DNA of 63,676 bases, counting the filler, from Phoronis australis (lineage: Eukaryota > Animalia > Phoronida): assembly GCA_002633005.1 (NCBI GenBank). It is 5 parts of 5 records of this genome, joined end to end, with 100 filler letters (N's around TTAATTAATTAA, not from the genome) between each part and the next. Parts side by side here need not be neighbours in the genome. Positions count along the whole stretch, not along the records: positions 1 to 17,895 come from NMRA01000520.1; positions 17,996 to 45,634 come from NMRA01001312.1; 3 more parts are not named here. One strand, given 5' to 3'. Under the pieces are notes generated by a model. It made no database searches. It was not told where the DNA came from and saw nothing but the letters and a program-made list of their open reading frames with translations. The first letter of the stretch is position 1. Each line of letters opens with the position of its first letter. Shown here piece after piece: positions 13,394 to 26,800 of the stretch. The translations under genes were made by a program, and so were the position numbers.

Positions 13394-14411
13394 CATAGGC
13401 GGATTTAGGGGGGCCCAGGGGGCCNNNNNNNNNNNNNNNNNNNNNNNNNNNNNNNNNNNNNNNNNNNNNNNNNNNNNNNNNNNNNNNNNNNNNNNTTAAT
13501 TAACCCCGGTAATTAAAATTATACGGATGAAAAAAGATTTAAATGTGTGCAGTTTTAGTGTTTGGGGGGGGGGGCTCAAACCCAATTTCAAGTGTCAAAT
13601 TCGGAACACGGCGCATTCGTAACGGAACTATGCCTAAGTATAGGCTCTCCCGCGATATCCCAGGTGACCGGCAGTGGCGCTGCGCATTACGACTCCGTTT
13701 TCGTCGTCTGCTCCACTGTGCAATGAAGAAAATGAACTTCATTTTTTAAAGAGAATGGAACCTGAGTGACGATGAAAAAACAGAAGCTGCTGGTAAGATG
13801 TGAATTTTAATCGAAGCCTTAGTGAATCACTCAGAAACTCGCAATGCTCTCTTTGTCAAACCTTAACTTTAGACGATTTCCAAAACAATACCGTTATTAT
13901 TGCCAACACGAAAAACGGATTTGGTCTTTTTGGGCGTTTGAAGACTATTTTAAATACGACAAATTTGTTAAGAATTCATGGCACAAAATATAAAACGTGT
14001 AATAAGCATTGAGAAAAGAAGTAGGTTTCGCGCGCAAACGCTGTGGACCATAAACAAGTAGGTCTTTTAGTACGAGATTACTAGATAAATCGTGGTGGTG
14101 TAGTGGTAAAGCACGAGCTCTCCATCCGCCAGGTCGTGAGTTCACGTCTTGGGCACGTTCAGTTTTCCTGTTTGACACGTTCTCCGTTTTTTGTTCTTGA
14201 ATAATTCTTCAGGAATCAAGGAAAATGCTTGATTTTTAGAGGTAAAAACAGAAAAGTTTCCTGGGCGGAAGGGGGGCAAACCCCCCTCCCGACCTCCCCC
14301 CATTCGGTGCTACGGTATGCGCATCTACAATCGTGGTTCAGTTTGCGCAAATGCTTACAGCCGGACAAAATGTTGCCCCCCCCCCCTTGTGATATCCTAG
14401 ATCCGCCACTG
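13394..14411. mobile_element. hAT5-like non-autonomous element with 5-bp TSD TGACC
   Basis: TGACC|CATAGGCGGATTTAG ... CTAGATCCGCCACTG|TGACC; spans an N-gap. Its right ~190 bp recur inverted at 2113-2289. Confidence 0.8.
14091..14157 (+). other. tRNA-derived (SINE-head-like) sequence
   Basis: A-box-like TGGTGTAGTGG and B-box-like GAGTTCACGTC at tRNA spacing; the cloverleaf is not intact. Confidence 0.45.
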
Positions 14412-14519
14412 TGACCCTTATATAGGCGCGTGCGTCTAAGCTTGTCAGCAGCTCCACAACTAGGCACAGGCCCTGACTAGTCTTTGTAACATTTCTTAAT
14501 ACAACGCTCGCTACTTTCC

Positions 14520-15270
14520 ATGAACTCTAGACAATGACCATCGTCTCTGGTGGCTGAAGCTTTCCGGCAAATTCTGCCTCGCACCGACTAAAACATCAAA
14601 GACACGTTGTTATAAATACATTTTTGCTATGCAGTGCATAGAGGGACACCTTAAAAGGTCGTCGATATATTCAATTCCTTCCAAGTCGAACAAATTCCCC
14701 GTTATCAATCTTTTTCTTCGAGCAGTCCCTCGTTCAGTTCAGAAAATCAGTAACTCACCATTTTTAACACCGCGCCCGCCAGGTGGCTCTCTCAAGACTG
14801 ACCTGTATAAACGCTTCCAATATGATTAAGGAACAATTAAAAGTTAAGATAAACACTTGTTGAGTCAAAGTGCTCTTGACTTCATCAAACAACACCCTTT
14901 CGAAGACTTTCAGTACCTGGTTGTGTCGGTAGGTGTAAAGTACTTTCCTGGTGCCAAAGCCGCGCTCCAAGATTATAAGATGTAAGTGCGTCTGCGTCCA
15001 CACTGAATACCGCTCGGTTTGTCAGTAAGCCATGCACCATGTAGCAAGGTTGCTGGAATGCTGGAAGTAGGCAGTACATCATAAACAGATCTGATGAGGA
15101 ACTTTCAGAGGAGACATCGTCCACAAATACGCCCACTTTGCAATATTTTGACCCACTTTGTCAACGCCCCCTGCTGGCCCAGCCATCTGGACTGCTCGGG
15201 CATACCTTTTTTCGTTCTCTGGCAGTCTAACTTCACTGATTTTTCGATCTCTGTCGGGGTCTTTCGATCT
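14520..15270 (-). mobile_element. Decayed RLE-type (HERO-like) non-LTR retrotransposon fragment
   Basis: Minus-strand remnants across frameshifts: AVQM..QQGA.TKW, W..LW..S, FLIRSVYDVLPT, NLATW and YTYRHNQVL, matching the region around the CCHC knuckle. Boundaries approximate. Confidence 0.7.
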
Positions 15271-17508
15271 AAAGTATCATTAGTTTAATATTGGGTTTAT
15301 TTTTTATAATCTTCGTTGATGATGAAATACCTGACTCAGTTTTCATTATACATGTAGATGTAGCCAGCTGAACAGGCCGAAGTGCAGCTTTAAATTGGTT
15401 AGGCGAATTAATACGCTTTATGTGAACACCAAGAAATGGAAAGATCCCTACTGATCATGAACTGATACTGTAAGTTCAGTAGCGATTTTCTGTGTGCTTT
15501 CTGGCAACCAAACATCTGTACAAACAATTAAAACGCCGACTGGCTAAGTTCATGGCATGAAAACATTTGCTTACTAGTAAATGTGCGCGTACGGGTTGGC
15601 TATACACATGAATTGTGCAACCCTCTATTACTTTGTTCGTTCAGGCATTGAAGATTTTCCCGCATTGTACTGTGCCGATAATTTGCAATGAACTTGGATG
15701 ACATTAGCCAGGCACAAACACATACACCGCTTTCCCTGAGAGGATGGCTGCTTTGGGAAACAAGGAAAAAACACAGCTCTGCACAGCGGGCTCATATGAC
15801 GTGACTACTACTAAATGTAGAAAGGAGAGCAAAGACTATCAAACAAGACACCAATAATTACGAGTTACCCTACAATATAATAAAAAAATCAGAGCAAATT
15901 TCACTTTGTGAGAAGTTCGTGTGGGCGCTTAAACGTATATCCTGGGATTTGTTTAAACACTAGAAAAAGAATGTTCCCATTCAGTTAGCATTATTAATAG
16001 AATTTTCAGATGTGCTCACACGCGCGCTGTTTCAGGTGTAGGTGATGCACGTCCGACCTATTCGTTATCGTTCTCTTAAAGTCCTTCTCTCACACTGCCC
16101 ATGTGGTTCCAGTATCCGAAAATACTTACTACATAAAATCTTATTTTCGACACCCTTTCTTTATATTTTTTTTCGCCTTTCTTGCCAAAAGCGATTTTTT
16201 AACACTATTTGTCCCTTGTCTGCGAGCGTGTAATTACCGGCTGTCATCGGTTATTTCCGTACCCACATTTCCGGCTCATCAGTTCAGGAACTTGTCCTGA
16301 ACGCCGCCATTTTTTCCTTGTAACTGAATGTGCTATGACTTGCTCGAAAAGTCTTCATTATTTTGTTTTATTAGTGATATCTCGTGATTCGTTTGTGTGT
16401 GTAGTGTATTTATAGTTTGTAGTTAGTGGTCGTTGAATTTTTTTGGAATGTTACACGTACTTATTATGGTAAAATAGCATTGGCGTTTAGTTCCTTACGT
16501 AAGCCGGTCAAACCTAGGAACCAATATGGGTCGAGCCAATTTCTTTTTCATTTTGATTCTTTTCTCGTTTTGTAAAATGTTTTTTGCTATCATCGGAAAG
16601 CTAGTGCATTCTACTCAGAAAAAATCTAAAAAGTATCAAAATCGGTGCAAGCAGTGTAAAGATTGCAATTTTTGTTGCGAAATTTGGGTTACTTTGTTTG
16701 GATCGCGTCGGCCATATTGGAGGACAGCGGGATAAGTTACGAGTTTAAAACTTTGCGTAAATTGTTTTCGCCAACAAATTACGGTAAACTTTAGTTAGAC
16801 AATATCTTTACTTACTATTTTGCACGATTCAACAGTGTTCACCAAATTTCAGGCTCGCAGTTGTTACTCAATAAGTGATAAATGTGCTCACAATTCCCGT
16901 TAGACTTCGTCTCATTTCTGGCGGCACCGACAACATGGCGACTTTTGCTGAACTGAAACGCATGTTCAATCGGCTATTTTGTAATTTGTGAAGATTTAAC
17001 GTTGATACATTTTGACAAACGTTACTACAAAAAAAAGAACTTTGTTCAATTTTCGTGTTTTTTGCGCTAAAATATGAGATATATTCGAATTATTTTACTG
17101 TGAATTTCCCATTCAGGTGATCTTACACTAAGCTACATGTAGTAAGATAATAGTTGAAATAATTTTGAAATGGTTTTTTGTTTGATTGCCAACTACTGTT
17201 CAAGGCTTGATTCGATGTCACAAAATGATTCATATTTTTCTGAATTTTGAGTCTCAATTGCTTTCAAGTCATGTTTTGTAACTTATTGGTTCTTAATTCA
17301 GGTTATCAAGTCAACAATATGAATAATCTTAATTTGAGAAATAAGCTATGTTGGATTGTGAACCTTCAAGCCTCCAATTCTTGTTCCTTTCAACTTCATA
17401 TTTTTTTAATCATGCTTGTCAAATTCTGGTGTAAGGAAGCACTATTCGGTCACCATGGTAATAGTTACATGTAAGTCCACTTTCATACCATGGAAACTTT
17501 TGCTGTTG

Positions 17509-17745
17509 TATGCGCGCACCCAGGGGGGCTCGAATGAGCCCCCATTTAGCGATGTGGGCAAAAAGGTCCGCCCCCGAGAGATAAAAAGCCGGAGAAAATG
17601 GGACAAAAGTCCACAAAAGAAGCGTAAACGCGCAATTCACGGTGGTACTCCCGTTTTTTTTTAGTCCGCCGACTCTTTTTTTTAACAAAAACCCCACATC
17701 GCCGGGAATTCGAGCCCCACATATTGAAGGCTGGGCGTGTGCATA
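17509..17745. mobile_element. hAT5-like MITE, same family, opposite orientation to the 7624 copy
   Basis: TGTTG|TATGCGCGCACCCAG ... CTGGGCGTGTGCATA|CGTTG. Confidence 0.75.
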
Positions 17746-19120
17746 CGTTGAATAGTGTTTGTAATGCTAAATGTTGTAAAGTATTGTATATTTTAAGTTA
17801 CTTATTATGTTAAAAGTTTGAATCATTTTGGGTTAATGAATAAAAATGATAACATTTTGTATTGGACTTGTCATACTTATGTGCTCGAACGAGCCNNNNN
17901 NNNNNNNNNNNNNNNNNNNNNNNNNNNNNNNNNNNNNNNTTAATTAATTAANNNNNNNNNNNNNNNNNNNNNNNNNNNNNNNNNNNNNNNNNNNNGGGGA
18001 CCCTTTCCGTACAGACATGACCAAAAAGACGGTCGATGGTATTTGCCCTTTCATGACCTCTAGACTGATCTGCTGCTCTACTTCATAATCCCGCCGTTAC
18101 AGCTTGTATGTGAGGTGTTACGGTATTTTGTCAATACGGCCAATGATGCTTTTGGATACTTCTTATGTCAAGCACACACTAATTGAACGTTCAGCATCAG
18201 TTCAGTTATAACTTGACGGGCAAGTTAATGAGTTGACAATTTACCACTCTGGACATTTTCAACTTCAGTTCCTGTCTGCGCTGGATATTTGGAATATTGC
18301 GGTCTTAATGCTTGGTCGTCTCGACGCGACTTGTTTTCTCGGAGTCATGAGGAACAACTTGACCGATAACATGTAACTTTATCTCACTCACGATGTGCTG
18401 AACGCAGAGTCCATTTGTAAAGTGAACATTAAATCAAAATCTGTTAACTGGCAGAAGACTGGACGATCATATGAAAACGAGGGTTGACTATCTCGTCATG
18501 TTGAGCATGTTGGTCAATTTTTTACAAAAAAGTTTGATTAGATTGTTTTTAACGCAAACCAATTCATACAAATGTTTTCATTCTCTGGCAGTCTGCGCTG
18601 GATATTTGGAATATTGCGTTATGCTTGGTCTCTAGACACGACATGTTTTCATGAGTCCAATCGAAAGGAGAATTTTCAACCATCTGACCGTCATTTTTTC
18701 AATTTACTCAGTAAGCTTACTAATGGTTAGTCATACAAAAGTCACATTTGAAATTTGTGACAAACTGAGACCAAAGTTCGATGCGTTGGTTTGAGACCTT
18801 TTACAGGCCCACAATCACAACAAATGATTTATTTTCACCGCCACTGCTCTCCCAGCCTACCTCTCTAATTGAGAAATTTTGGAAGTATATGTAATTGTTA
18901 TGTATGCAATATTGTAATGGCGTCTTCATGTGGACGCCACCATCTTTCGTAGTGACAACAAGATTTTTCGTCTACACCTATTTGGTCAATTGACCAGTTG
19001 TTGTGCACGTATAGCCCTTAGGCGGCGCTCCCCTAGGTGCCCGCTATTAATTGAGGAAGGGGGAGTGAAAATGACGAATATATTTTTGAAGAAGGCTATA
19101 AAAATTTTATGGATGGAAAG

Positions 19121-19200
19121 GTGTATGTGTGTGCGTGCGTGTGCTTGCGTGCGTGCGTGCGTGCGTGTGCTTGCGTGCGTGTGCGTGTATGTGTGTGTGG
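19121..19200. repeat. (GT)/(GTGC) microsatellite
   Basis: Direct reading. A second (GT)n tract lies at 29645-29682 in the NTase-TPR intron. Confidence 0.9.
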
Positions 19201-22200
19201 TGAGAGTGGGAATGACTAGTATTTTTGTCTTTTTTGTTTACATGTTCTTGATACCAACAAATAAAAAATGAAAAGTAAAAAGTTACTTTTTTGGTTTGTT
19301 ACAAATCGAGAATCAACTCGACGAATTGTTGAAAATAAGTAGGGATCTTTCCATACAACGCGCTTAATTTAAGCCCTACGTCCCTATTTATTTTCACTGA
19401 GCTAAGAGCCTAGTTTTCAATTACAAATTCGAAAACGTACTCAGTAGTCCATGTTCAAAATAAAGTGAGAAAAAAATATCACATGTTTAAGTAAAATTCC
19501 ACAGAAATAGTCAAATGATTTTGGAACTTTGTCGAGTACGTATTTGGGACTGCTTCCTTCAACAATGCACTGAAGCCTGATACATATGAGGCAGAGAGTG
19601 TTGCAAAGGGTTTTCTCTCTAAAGATGTTTTTCCTTGGTAGATACACGAACATCATGTGTATAGGTAATGGAACAGCTACTTCGCTTCATCCGTAGATGT
19701 TGCATCAATTTCCCCCATGATGTCTTGTTAGTCAATGTAAATGAAAGTGACATCACAAATTTTCTCAAACCCTTAGGTGGAAGATACAATTTACCATAGG
19801 AAGTGTGGTCAAAGGAAAACGTTAGGTATGGTTGTCTCCAGTTAAGGTATTGAAGGTTCACTTTTTAAGGCTGGTATTGAAAGGGGTGTGTATTTTAAGA
19901 CTTTTGGTATTGAAATGGGTATCTATTCCATGTTTGGTAAACATATAAGTATTGAAATGGGTCTACGTTTTGGACCTAGAGTTGTACACATTCGCTCTGG
20001 AGAAGCCCAAGGACAATTAATTTCAAACTACTGCACGTCTCCTGCGTCTACCACCGCCTGTATTAATGGCCAGTTTTTTCTTCTCCTTAACGTAAGTTTA
20101 AACTTGAATTAAATTAATTAAAATGTCATTCAACATCTTGGGATCTTTTGAGCGATTTTGGTTTTTTCGCGAGTTTCTTGGGCTCTTGCAACGCAGCCCT
20201 TGTCTATACTTTACAAAACGTTTTGGCCTATCACCAAATGCAATTCAACCGATCGATGAAGTTTATAAATGCGGATGAAGTGAACTAAAAACCGCCTACT
20301 ATGTTTACTCTCTAACACGTACTCCAGTGTGTACATTTTATTGAAATCACCCGACAGTATGTGAACAAAGCGTTAGACAAATATGTGGTAAAGTTAAAAA
20401 AATCTCAAACGATCGTTTAGAGAATAGTTTTGTGATCAGAAAGTTTGCTTTAATTGACATCGAGACGAAAGGATTGCATTGTCATATTTGTCTGCATTGT
20501 TCAAACATAATGCATGACCCAATTCATCCCGAACAGGCCTCCAGTATATTCATAGTCTCAAATTTCAGAGGCTACGAATGTACCTGACGTCACAGCCAGT
20601 TGCACCACGAAATCAATATTCCCAGGACACTTCATAGAGGAGAGCAGAAATAGTTGAAGCGGTGGCAGCTTTTAATTGGTGAGTGACCTATGGAATATCA
20701 GGCATAGGCCTACAGTCTAATACATCAGATGGTTCCATCTGCCCTTAATGGTTTTTTCTTCACTAAACGAACATTGAGTTTAGCGTCGATAACTGTGATC
20801 ACCGAGTTGAAGTTTTTAGGTGCTCCACTAATTTTTGTGAAAGATCGCCTGTATGGCGGCCATATTGGATCGCTCTTATGCGTCTTCTCTTTTTACATAT
20901 TATAGTGTCATTCAGGGTTTCCCCTGCGTGTAAACTTCTGGGTGGCCCGCCACGCTCCTTTTCCCCCGCAACTCGTAAATCATACTCAAATTGACCACCA
21001 CACACCTAATCGTGATGGGGAAACTTCACCGCCACGCAAAAATCACTAGTAAAAATGATCGCTAGTAATAATGAACAAGGACAAGTCACACGGCACTTTT
21101 CGCCATTTGTGGATCGAAAGGGAAAAATAATAATTTTACAATGGTATCTTGAATTGTGCCCCGTTAAACACAAACATTCAAGCCCAAATCTCCTTTCTTA
21201 CCTCGTTTCTGCCTCGTTATCCGACAATGCATATAAACTTAATACAGCCGGGCACCAGGCAACGACCTCGATACGAATTTTCTAAAATGAGACAGTGCCA
21301 GGGCTTGCTAATGAAGTAAGAAACGTAAGATTTCTGCTTCATTCATTTTATCGTGTCCGAGTTTACAAAAGACATTGTGAATTATACTGCAGGGCGTGAC
21401 ATCCAACTGTTTAATCAACCATAGCGCTGCGCCAAAATGACGATATTGAATATAAAGCAGTCCCAGATTGATCTGCATGGACTGCATTATACATCGTCTG
21501 CTACGCCGGCCAACGCCAACCCACTATCACTGATTTATGTTTAGCAAGACGATATGAGAGGAAGTTTCGTTACACTAATTAGTTTATTACGTCTACAAAG
21601 TTCACATATTTTTTGTTCTATGTTTGTCGCTTCGTGGATAATTAAATTTTAACACTGTTTTTTTTTTACTCAAGAGTCAAGCACGACAGAGATCACACTA
21701 TGCTGGACACTTTGAACATTGCCAATTTCTCTTGCGAAATGTCCTTTACCCAGATACTTCTACTACATGATGCTCGGGTTAAGGACTTGTCTATGATAAG
21801 CAAACTGCAACCAATTACATCTAATTTTCAAATTTTGCTTAGGGAATGTCTTCCGACCCCCCCCCCCCGATGGGAGGATCTCACTTCATCCCATGCTCGC
21901 ATGTGGCGCCGGGGTCCACATCCGCGTCGAGCATTCACCACCACGCTCCTTTCGAGACCCAGACAATAGGGGGATCCCACTTCTCATATTCGCGTGCAGC
22001 AACGGGCTTTGCACCCCGTTTTGGCCATTTACCACCACGCTCCTTTCAAAACCCAGGGGAACCCTGAGTGATGACGAGTGAAGGGGGCGGAAAGAAAGGA
22101 AGACTGAGACCAATCGATTCCTGACGTTTTACAGATTTTAAGCGATCGAGATAATTGCATTGTAAGTTTTAGTGCTTTTGAACATTAAAGAGCAACCGAG

Positions 22201-22319
22201 ACACCCGCGCGTGTGTGCTAAATCAATGAGCATTATGAATTTACCACCGTCATTTTTACTTATAGTCGGTTAGTGAAACAACCTGAAAACATTAGCTATA
22301 GACTAGTAAACCAAGAAAT

Positions 22320-23470
22320 AAATACATAAGTTATTAAATAAATAAAATAAATAATATGTGAAATTAAAACAAAATTTAAAATACTATATACAATGTTAAC
22401 AAAGTTGAGCAATTAGCACCATAGGAAAGGAGACTATGTTTGATTCATAAAATTACGGATACTGCATTTACAGGGAAGCTCAGTCCATGCGTTTTCATGC
22501 TGCATAACATTCTTTAAATGTAGGCACAATCTCGCCTCCTCTGATAATGAATTCCACAAATTAATGCCATGTATTGGCTCTGAAAGATAGTAGACCATAC
22601 CGAGTAGTTCTGCATTGACAGATGTTTGTTCTATTGGATGATCTCAAGTTATATGGGGTCCTGCGAATTGTAAGAAGGTCCCACAGAAATGGAGGTGACG
22701 AGCGGTTCACAATTTTAAAAGCCTCTTTCAGAATCAGTGTCTGTCTGCCAAGCTCAAGAGTAGGTAGATTAGCTCTCAGTAATAGTGTTTCATATGAGCT
22801 AGAGAAATCATCAAATACAAAACGCAGAGCCCTACATTGAACTCGTTCAATCTTATGTGTATTGACTTAGCCACAAAAATGTCAGATCAAAGCACAGTAA
22901 AGAAACTGGGATAAAATAAAACTTTGAAATATCATCATCCGTCTACTAAAGTCTAGAATTCTAGCCAAACGCGGTAAAACATTGAGCTGAGCTCCTGCCT
23001 TTCGGCATAAAACTTTAACATGGTTGTCAAAACTCAGGTCCTCATAGTAATTTAACGTCCACCTCACTGGTGATTTTGGCTCCCTCAGCCTCGACAACAG
23101 CCCTGAATACGTTCTTGGAGTCATGAAGAAATATAGAATGGAATTTTGATGGATTTGCCTCCATCATATTTTGCTTGAACCAGGTAATTGCTTTTAAAGA
23201 CTCAGATGTCAGTATCATCCCTTATGCGAGCACTTGCTGAGAGAGTGTTATCATCGGCATAAGTATACAACTGTGCCTCAGTAAATAAGACACTGATATC
23301 ATTCACAAAAATATTGAACAGAACTGGACCCATGATGGACCCCTGTGGCACTCCCTTGACTATGTCTAGCCAATCGCTAGGCATTCCACCGATCCTAACA
23401 CGCTGTTTCCTTCTTGACAGATAGGACCATAAAAAGGCACATGCTTGTTCACTCACACCGTACGCTCTTG
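22320..23470 (-). mobile_element. 5'-truncated CR1/L2-group LINE (3' RT region and AT-rich tail)
   Basis: SYLSRRKQRV..GVPQGSIMGPVLFNIFVND..YADD (23202-23470) and LSFDNHV..LCRKAG.QLNVL.RL (22882-23050); (ATTT)n-like tail near 22320-22355. Confidence 0.85.
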
Positions 23471-23899
23471 ATTCCTTGACCACACTTACTGTAAATGAAG
23501 AAGTGCGAGCAGAGGAATTTTCCATTTTCATCTTTGCTCAGTTGTGACATTCTAGAACTCCTTTCGGTGGAATTCCTGGTTAAAGGTTGTTTTAATTGTT
23601 TTCAAGGTTATGTAGCACCCTAGAAAAAATTTCAGTTTTGGCAAAACGTCGGAACATCATATGCTTTATCCCATATATTTGTAAGTATGGGCATTTAATA
23701 CGCCGTCTACTACGTCGTCAGATAAGTCTTGAAATACGGGTAAGTAGAGCCGCAATCCGTATACAATGGTAGAGGCTGTATTTCATAGTTGTTGGTGTGC
23801 GGTCTCCTGGCGCAGTAAATTGGCGTGTACGACGGCAAATTTGATTGACCTCGTTTATTTGGGTTACGTAAAACATTGGTCCAAGGCAGTTTTCCTTCA

Positions 23900-26800
23900 T
23901 AGTCCAGTCATTCTATGGATGACCCGGAAATAATCGCAACAGAAGGTTTAATTTCTTAAATCGAATCCTTTCACATCCCGTAGCGTGAGAAAAAAGTCTA
24001 CCGGAATCGGAGAAGCGGAAGATGGTTCTTCAAGATGGCGGACAAAATGGCCGTCAGATTTGCAGTTGACTATTATAACTCGAGAGGTTCACCTATATTT
24101 TGTGGGTCAACAAATCCATTGGAAATAGTTTTGCTTGGCTGTGGTGACACCGTCCGCCATTTCCCAAGATGGTCGCCAAAACCACTTTGAGTCGCACAAC
24201 TTTGCACGAACAGATTAGTGTGTCGTCTTGACTTAAACATTGCATCATAGGTTTTCTGGGTCGACTATTGCGTTTGGCTAAAATGATTACTTCAGCCATT
24301 TTCTAAGATGGCCACCAAATTGTTCCTTCGTGTAAGAACTTCAGAATCCAGGAACACGCCGTCTTCACAGATTTCGTATCCTGATTTTCATAACATAACG
24401 TAAAATTGCCGTGAGGACTTGACAGGGACCTCAGGGGCCTCACACTCCACTGATTTATCCACATTATTTTGAAAACGCTTTGTCCAGTCACACATTGTGT
24501 GTCATAAACGAGATAAGCATACCAGCAGCTGACGCAGCAAGTAGAACTACTCTCGTTTATCACATAGGTGTTGACTCACAGTTGAACTGTGGTTTTCTGT
24601 AGACCCCAGACCGTCCCGAGTTGCACCATATACCAACTCCGGACGGTCTCTCACGACGATTAAGCATGTCTATTAAAATTATTTTTGTCTGACTCTGATG
24701 ATTATGACTACCATTTTCAAGATTGTTAAACAAATAAGAACTTTCTTGGGTGAAAAACATCAGGTTCGCGTGGACTGAAGGGTCATTCTCCTGAAAAAAC
24801 ATTTGCTTTATCGAAAATAATTCTCTGCAATTAATTTAGTGATCTACTAACCACACCAATTGACCGTCTGTGTTACCTCCAGATAATTGTAAATTCTAGT
24901 GAATACAGCAACAGTTGAGACAGGATGCCCACTACTAAGTCTGATTGGATTTCTGTGTTTGACGAGTGCCTTTGCTGTTTGCCAAAAATTGTGAACTTCC
25001 TTCTTTGACTTGATCACCATGTTACCATTGAAGTGAATTTCAATTCCAACCACACCACCCACTCTTCGAACTGGTGGACTTGTCATTGCAATAACCTTGT
25101 CTTTCTTTCTGAATGTGAAGTCTTTCCCACTCGACCCCTCCATAGGCAAGATAATCGCCTTCCCCGCTTCTGTGACATTTTGGCATTGACACGTGTGCCT
25201 GCTGTCACACCAGTAGCGATGTTCTGTGGTGTTTCCCTTTCAAGTGGGTTTCTGTTTTGTAGGAATTCAACAAGGCTGAGCATGTCTTTGTCATCCCGCA
25301 ACTGTGTTGAATGTCTTTCTTTATGCTGCTCAGTTGTATCTCAGTTAAAAATCGTCACACTCTGCGTGGCACCATTTATACTTTAGCATGCTGGCAAGGA
25401 AAGCAGCCACTGTGCACGCTCCGTATGTCCCATTCCGCAACCGCTTGTTAAACCTCCTGTGGATTTAATGGTTTTCATGAGCGTTTGTTCAATTACGAGG
25501 TCAAATGACAAGCCTTCCTAGAATCTGTCACTTCGTGTTATGGCATGGTGGCCGTTAATAAAGGGGCTGTAGACATCTGGGTGGGTGTCTTTGAGTTGCT
25601 GCTTCTGCTGCAAGTATATTATGCAGATTTTGCATATGAGTTGTGACCAGCAACTGCAAAGTAAGGCAGCATTTAAGAAACTGCTTTTAGGAGAAGTTCC
25701 TAATCTGACGTTATTTTTGCTTTTAGACCGATGGTTCGACTTTGGAAGGACAAGTCTGATTTATGTGCTTTGTTTTTTATGTCGGCCTATTCGTACAAGA
25801 CACTCCGACAAGCATACATCGCCGCTCGTAGACGTCACGCACGGACTATCATCATACAGCTTCAGACCAGCTTTCAAATCATCGAGTATATCAGTGGCCA
25901 TTGATTCTTCTGACGAACCATTCTGTGTCACTGCAAATTTTGGAGACCTATACTCTGATACAGTCGTGTTTGAATATATTAGTAGCAGTTTGTTGGAAGC
26001 CAGAAGTGAACTCTCGTGAGGGTATTTCACTGTAATCCAAGGTTCAGAATCCGAAGACACTGCCTGCTCATTGCATGTCCCAGTGTATACATCTCTAGTT
26101 ATGTGATCAGTTGGGATGTCTGAAGAATCTGTCTCCATATATCCTGACTAGCCAAAGTTTGTGTACAAGCATTGAATTGCTCTACGGAATCTGTGTGTTC
26201 TGTGTTGGTGACATTCGGGACTCCTGGAATTTCTGAAGAACCGAAACTTCTTTTTTCAAATCCTGAAGTCATTGGTTCTGGATTGGCGTTACTTGATTTG
26301 TCAATATTTGGAAGTTAGATGTTGAATGCACTGGCTGTTCTGATAGCATTCAGTGCTGAGTCTAGCAACATAGGCCCCCTCACTGCTCTGTCCACACTTT
26401 TTCAGTTCGACATACGGATCACGCTTTTTGGTGCATACACTGTGGCAAGAACGTCTTGAAGCCTGGTGCCTGACATTACGTATCCAATACATCCCAGAAA
26501 GCTCATCTCAATATGAAATCCGCCAAGCCTAGCTAAGAATAAGTGACGGCAGATCAGTGTCGTTTGGTTTGCTGACACTAATTTCCTCTAAACTCAGTTA
26601 CCTATGTTCATAAAAAGCATGCATATTAAACCAGTTGTGAGTACTAAGTGTTAAGCATTTAATTATTAACTTTTAGTTACACAAATTTATTTACTTTTCA
26701 TCAACTTCAGGTGAAATCAGCAGCCAAATTCTCCACTCATGTCAGACGAAATCTTTGCATGGGAACAACTAATAAATATCTCCTATAACAGAGAGCAAAG

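Noticed and set aside
13394-14411. Transib/ProtoRAG identity for the 5-bp-TSD elements
   Set aside because: Termini are CATAGG/CAGTGG, not CAC-heptamer RSS-like, and no RAG1-like coding sequence is seen.
17940-17952. TTAATTAATTAA centred in N-runs (also ~45679, ~57813, ~61403)
   Set aside because: Identical six-frame-stop linker within gaps; an assembly spacer, not biology.
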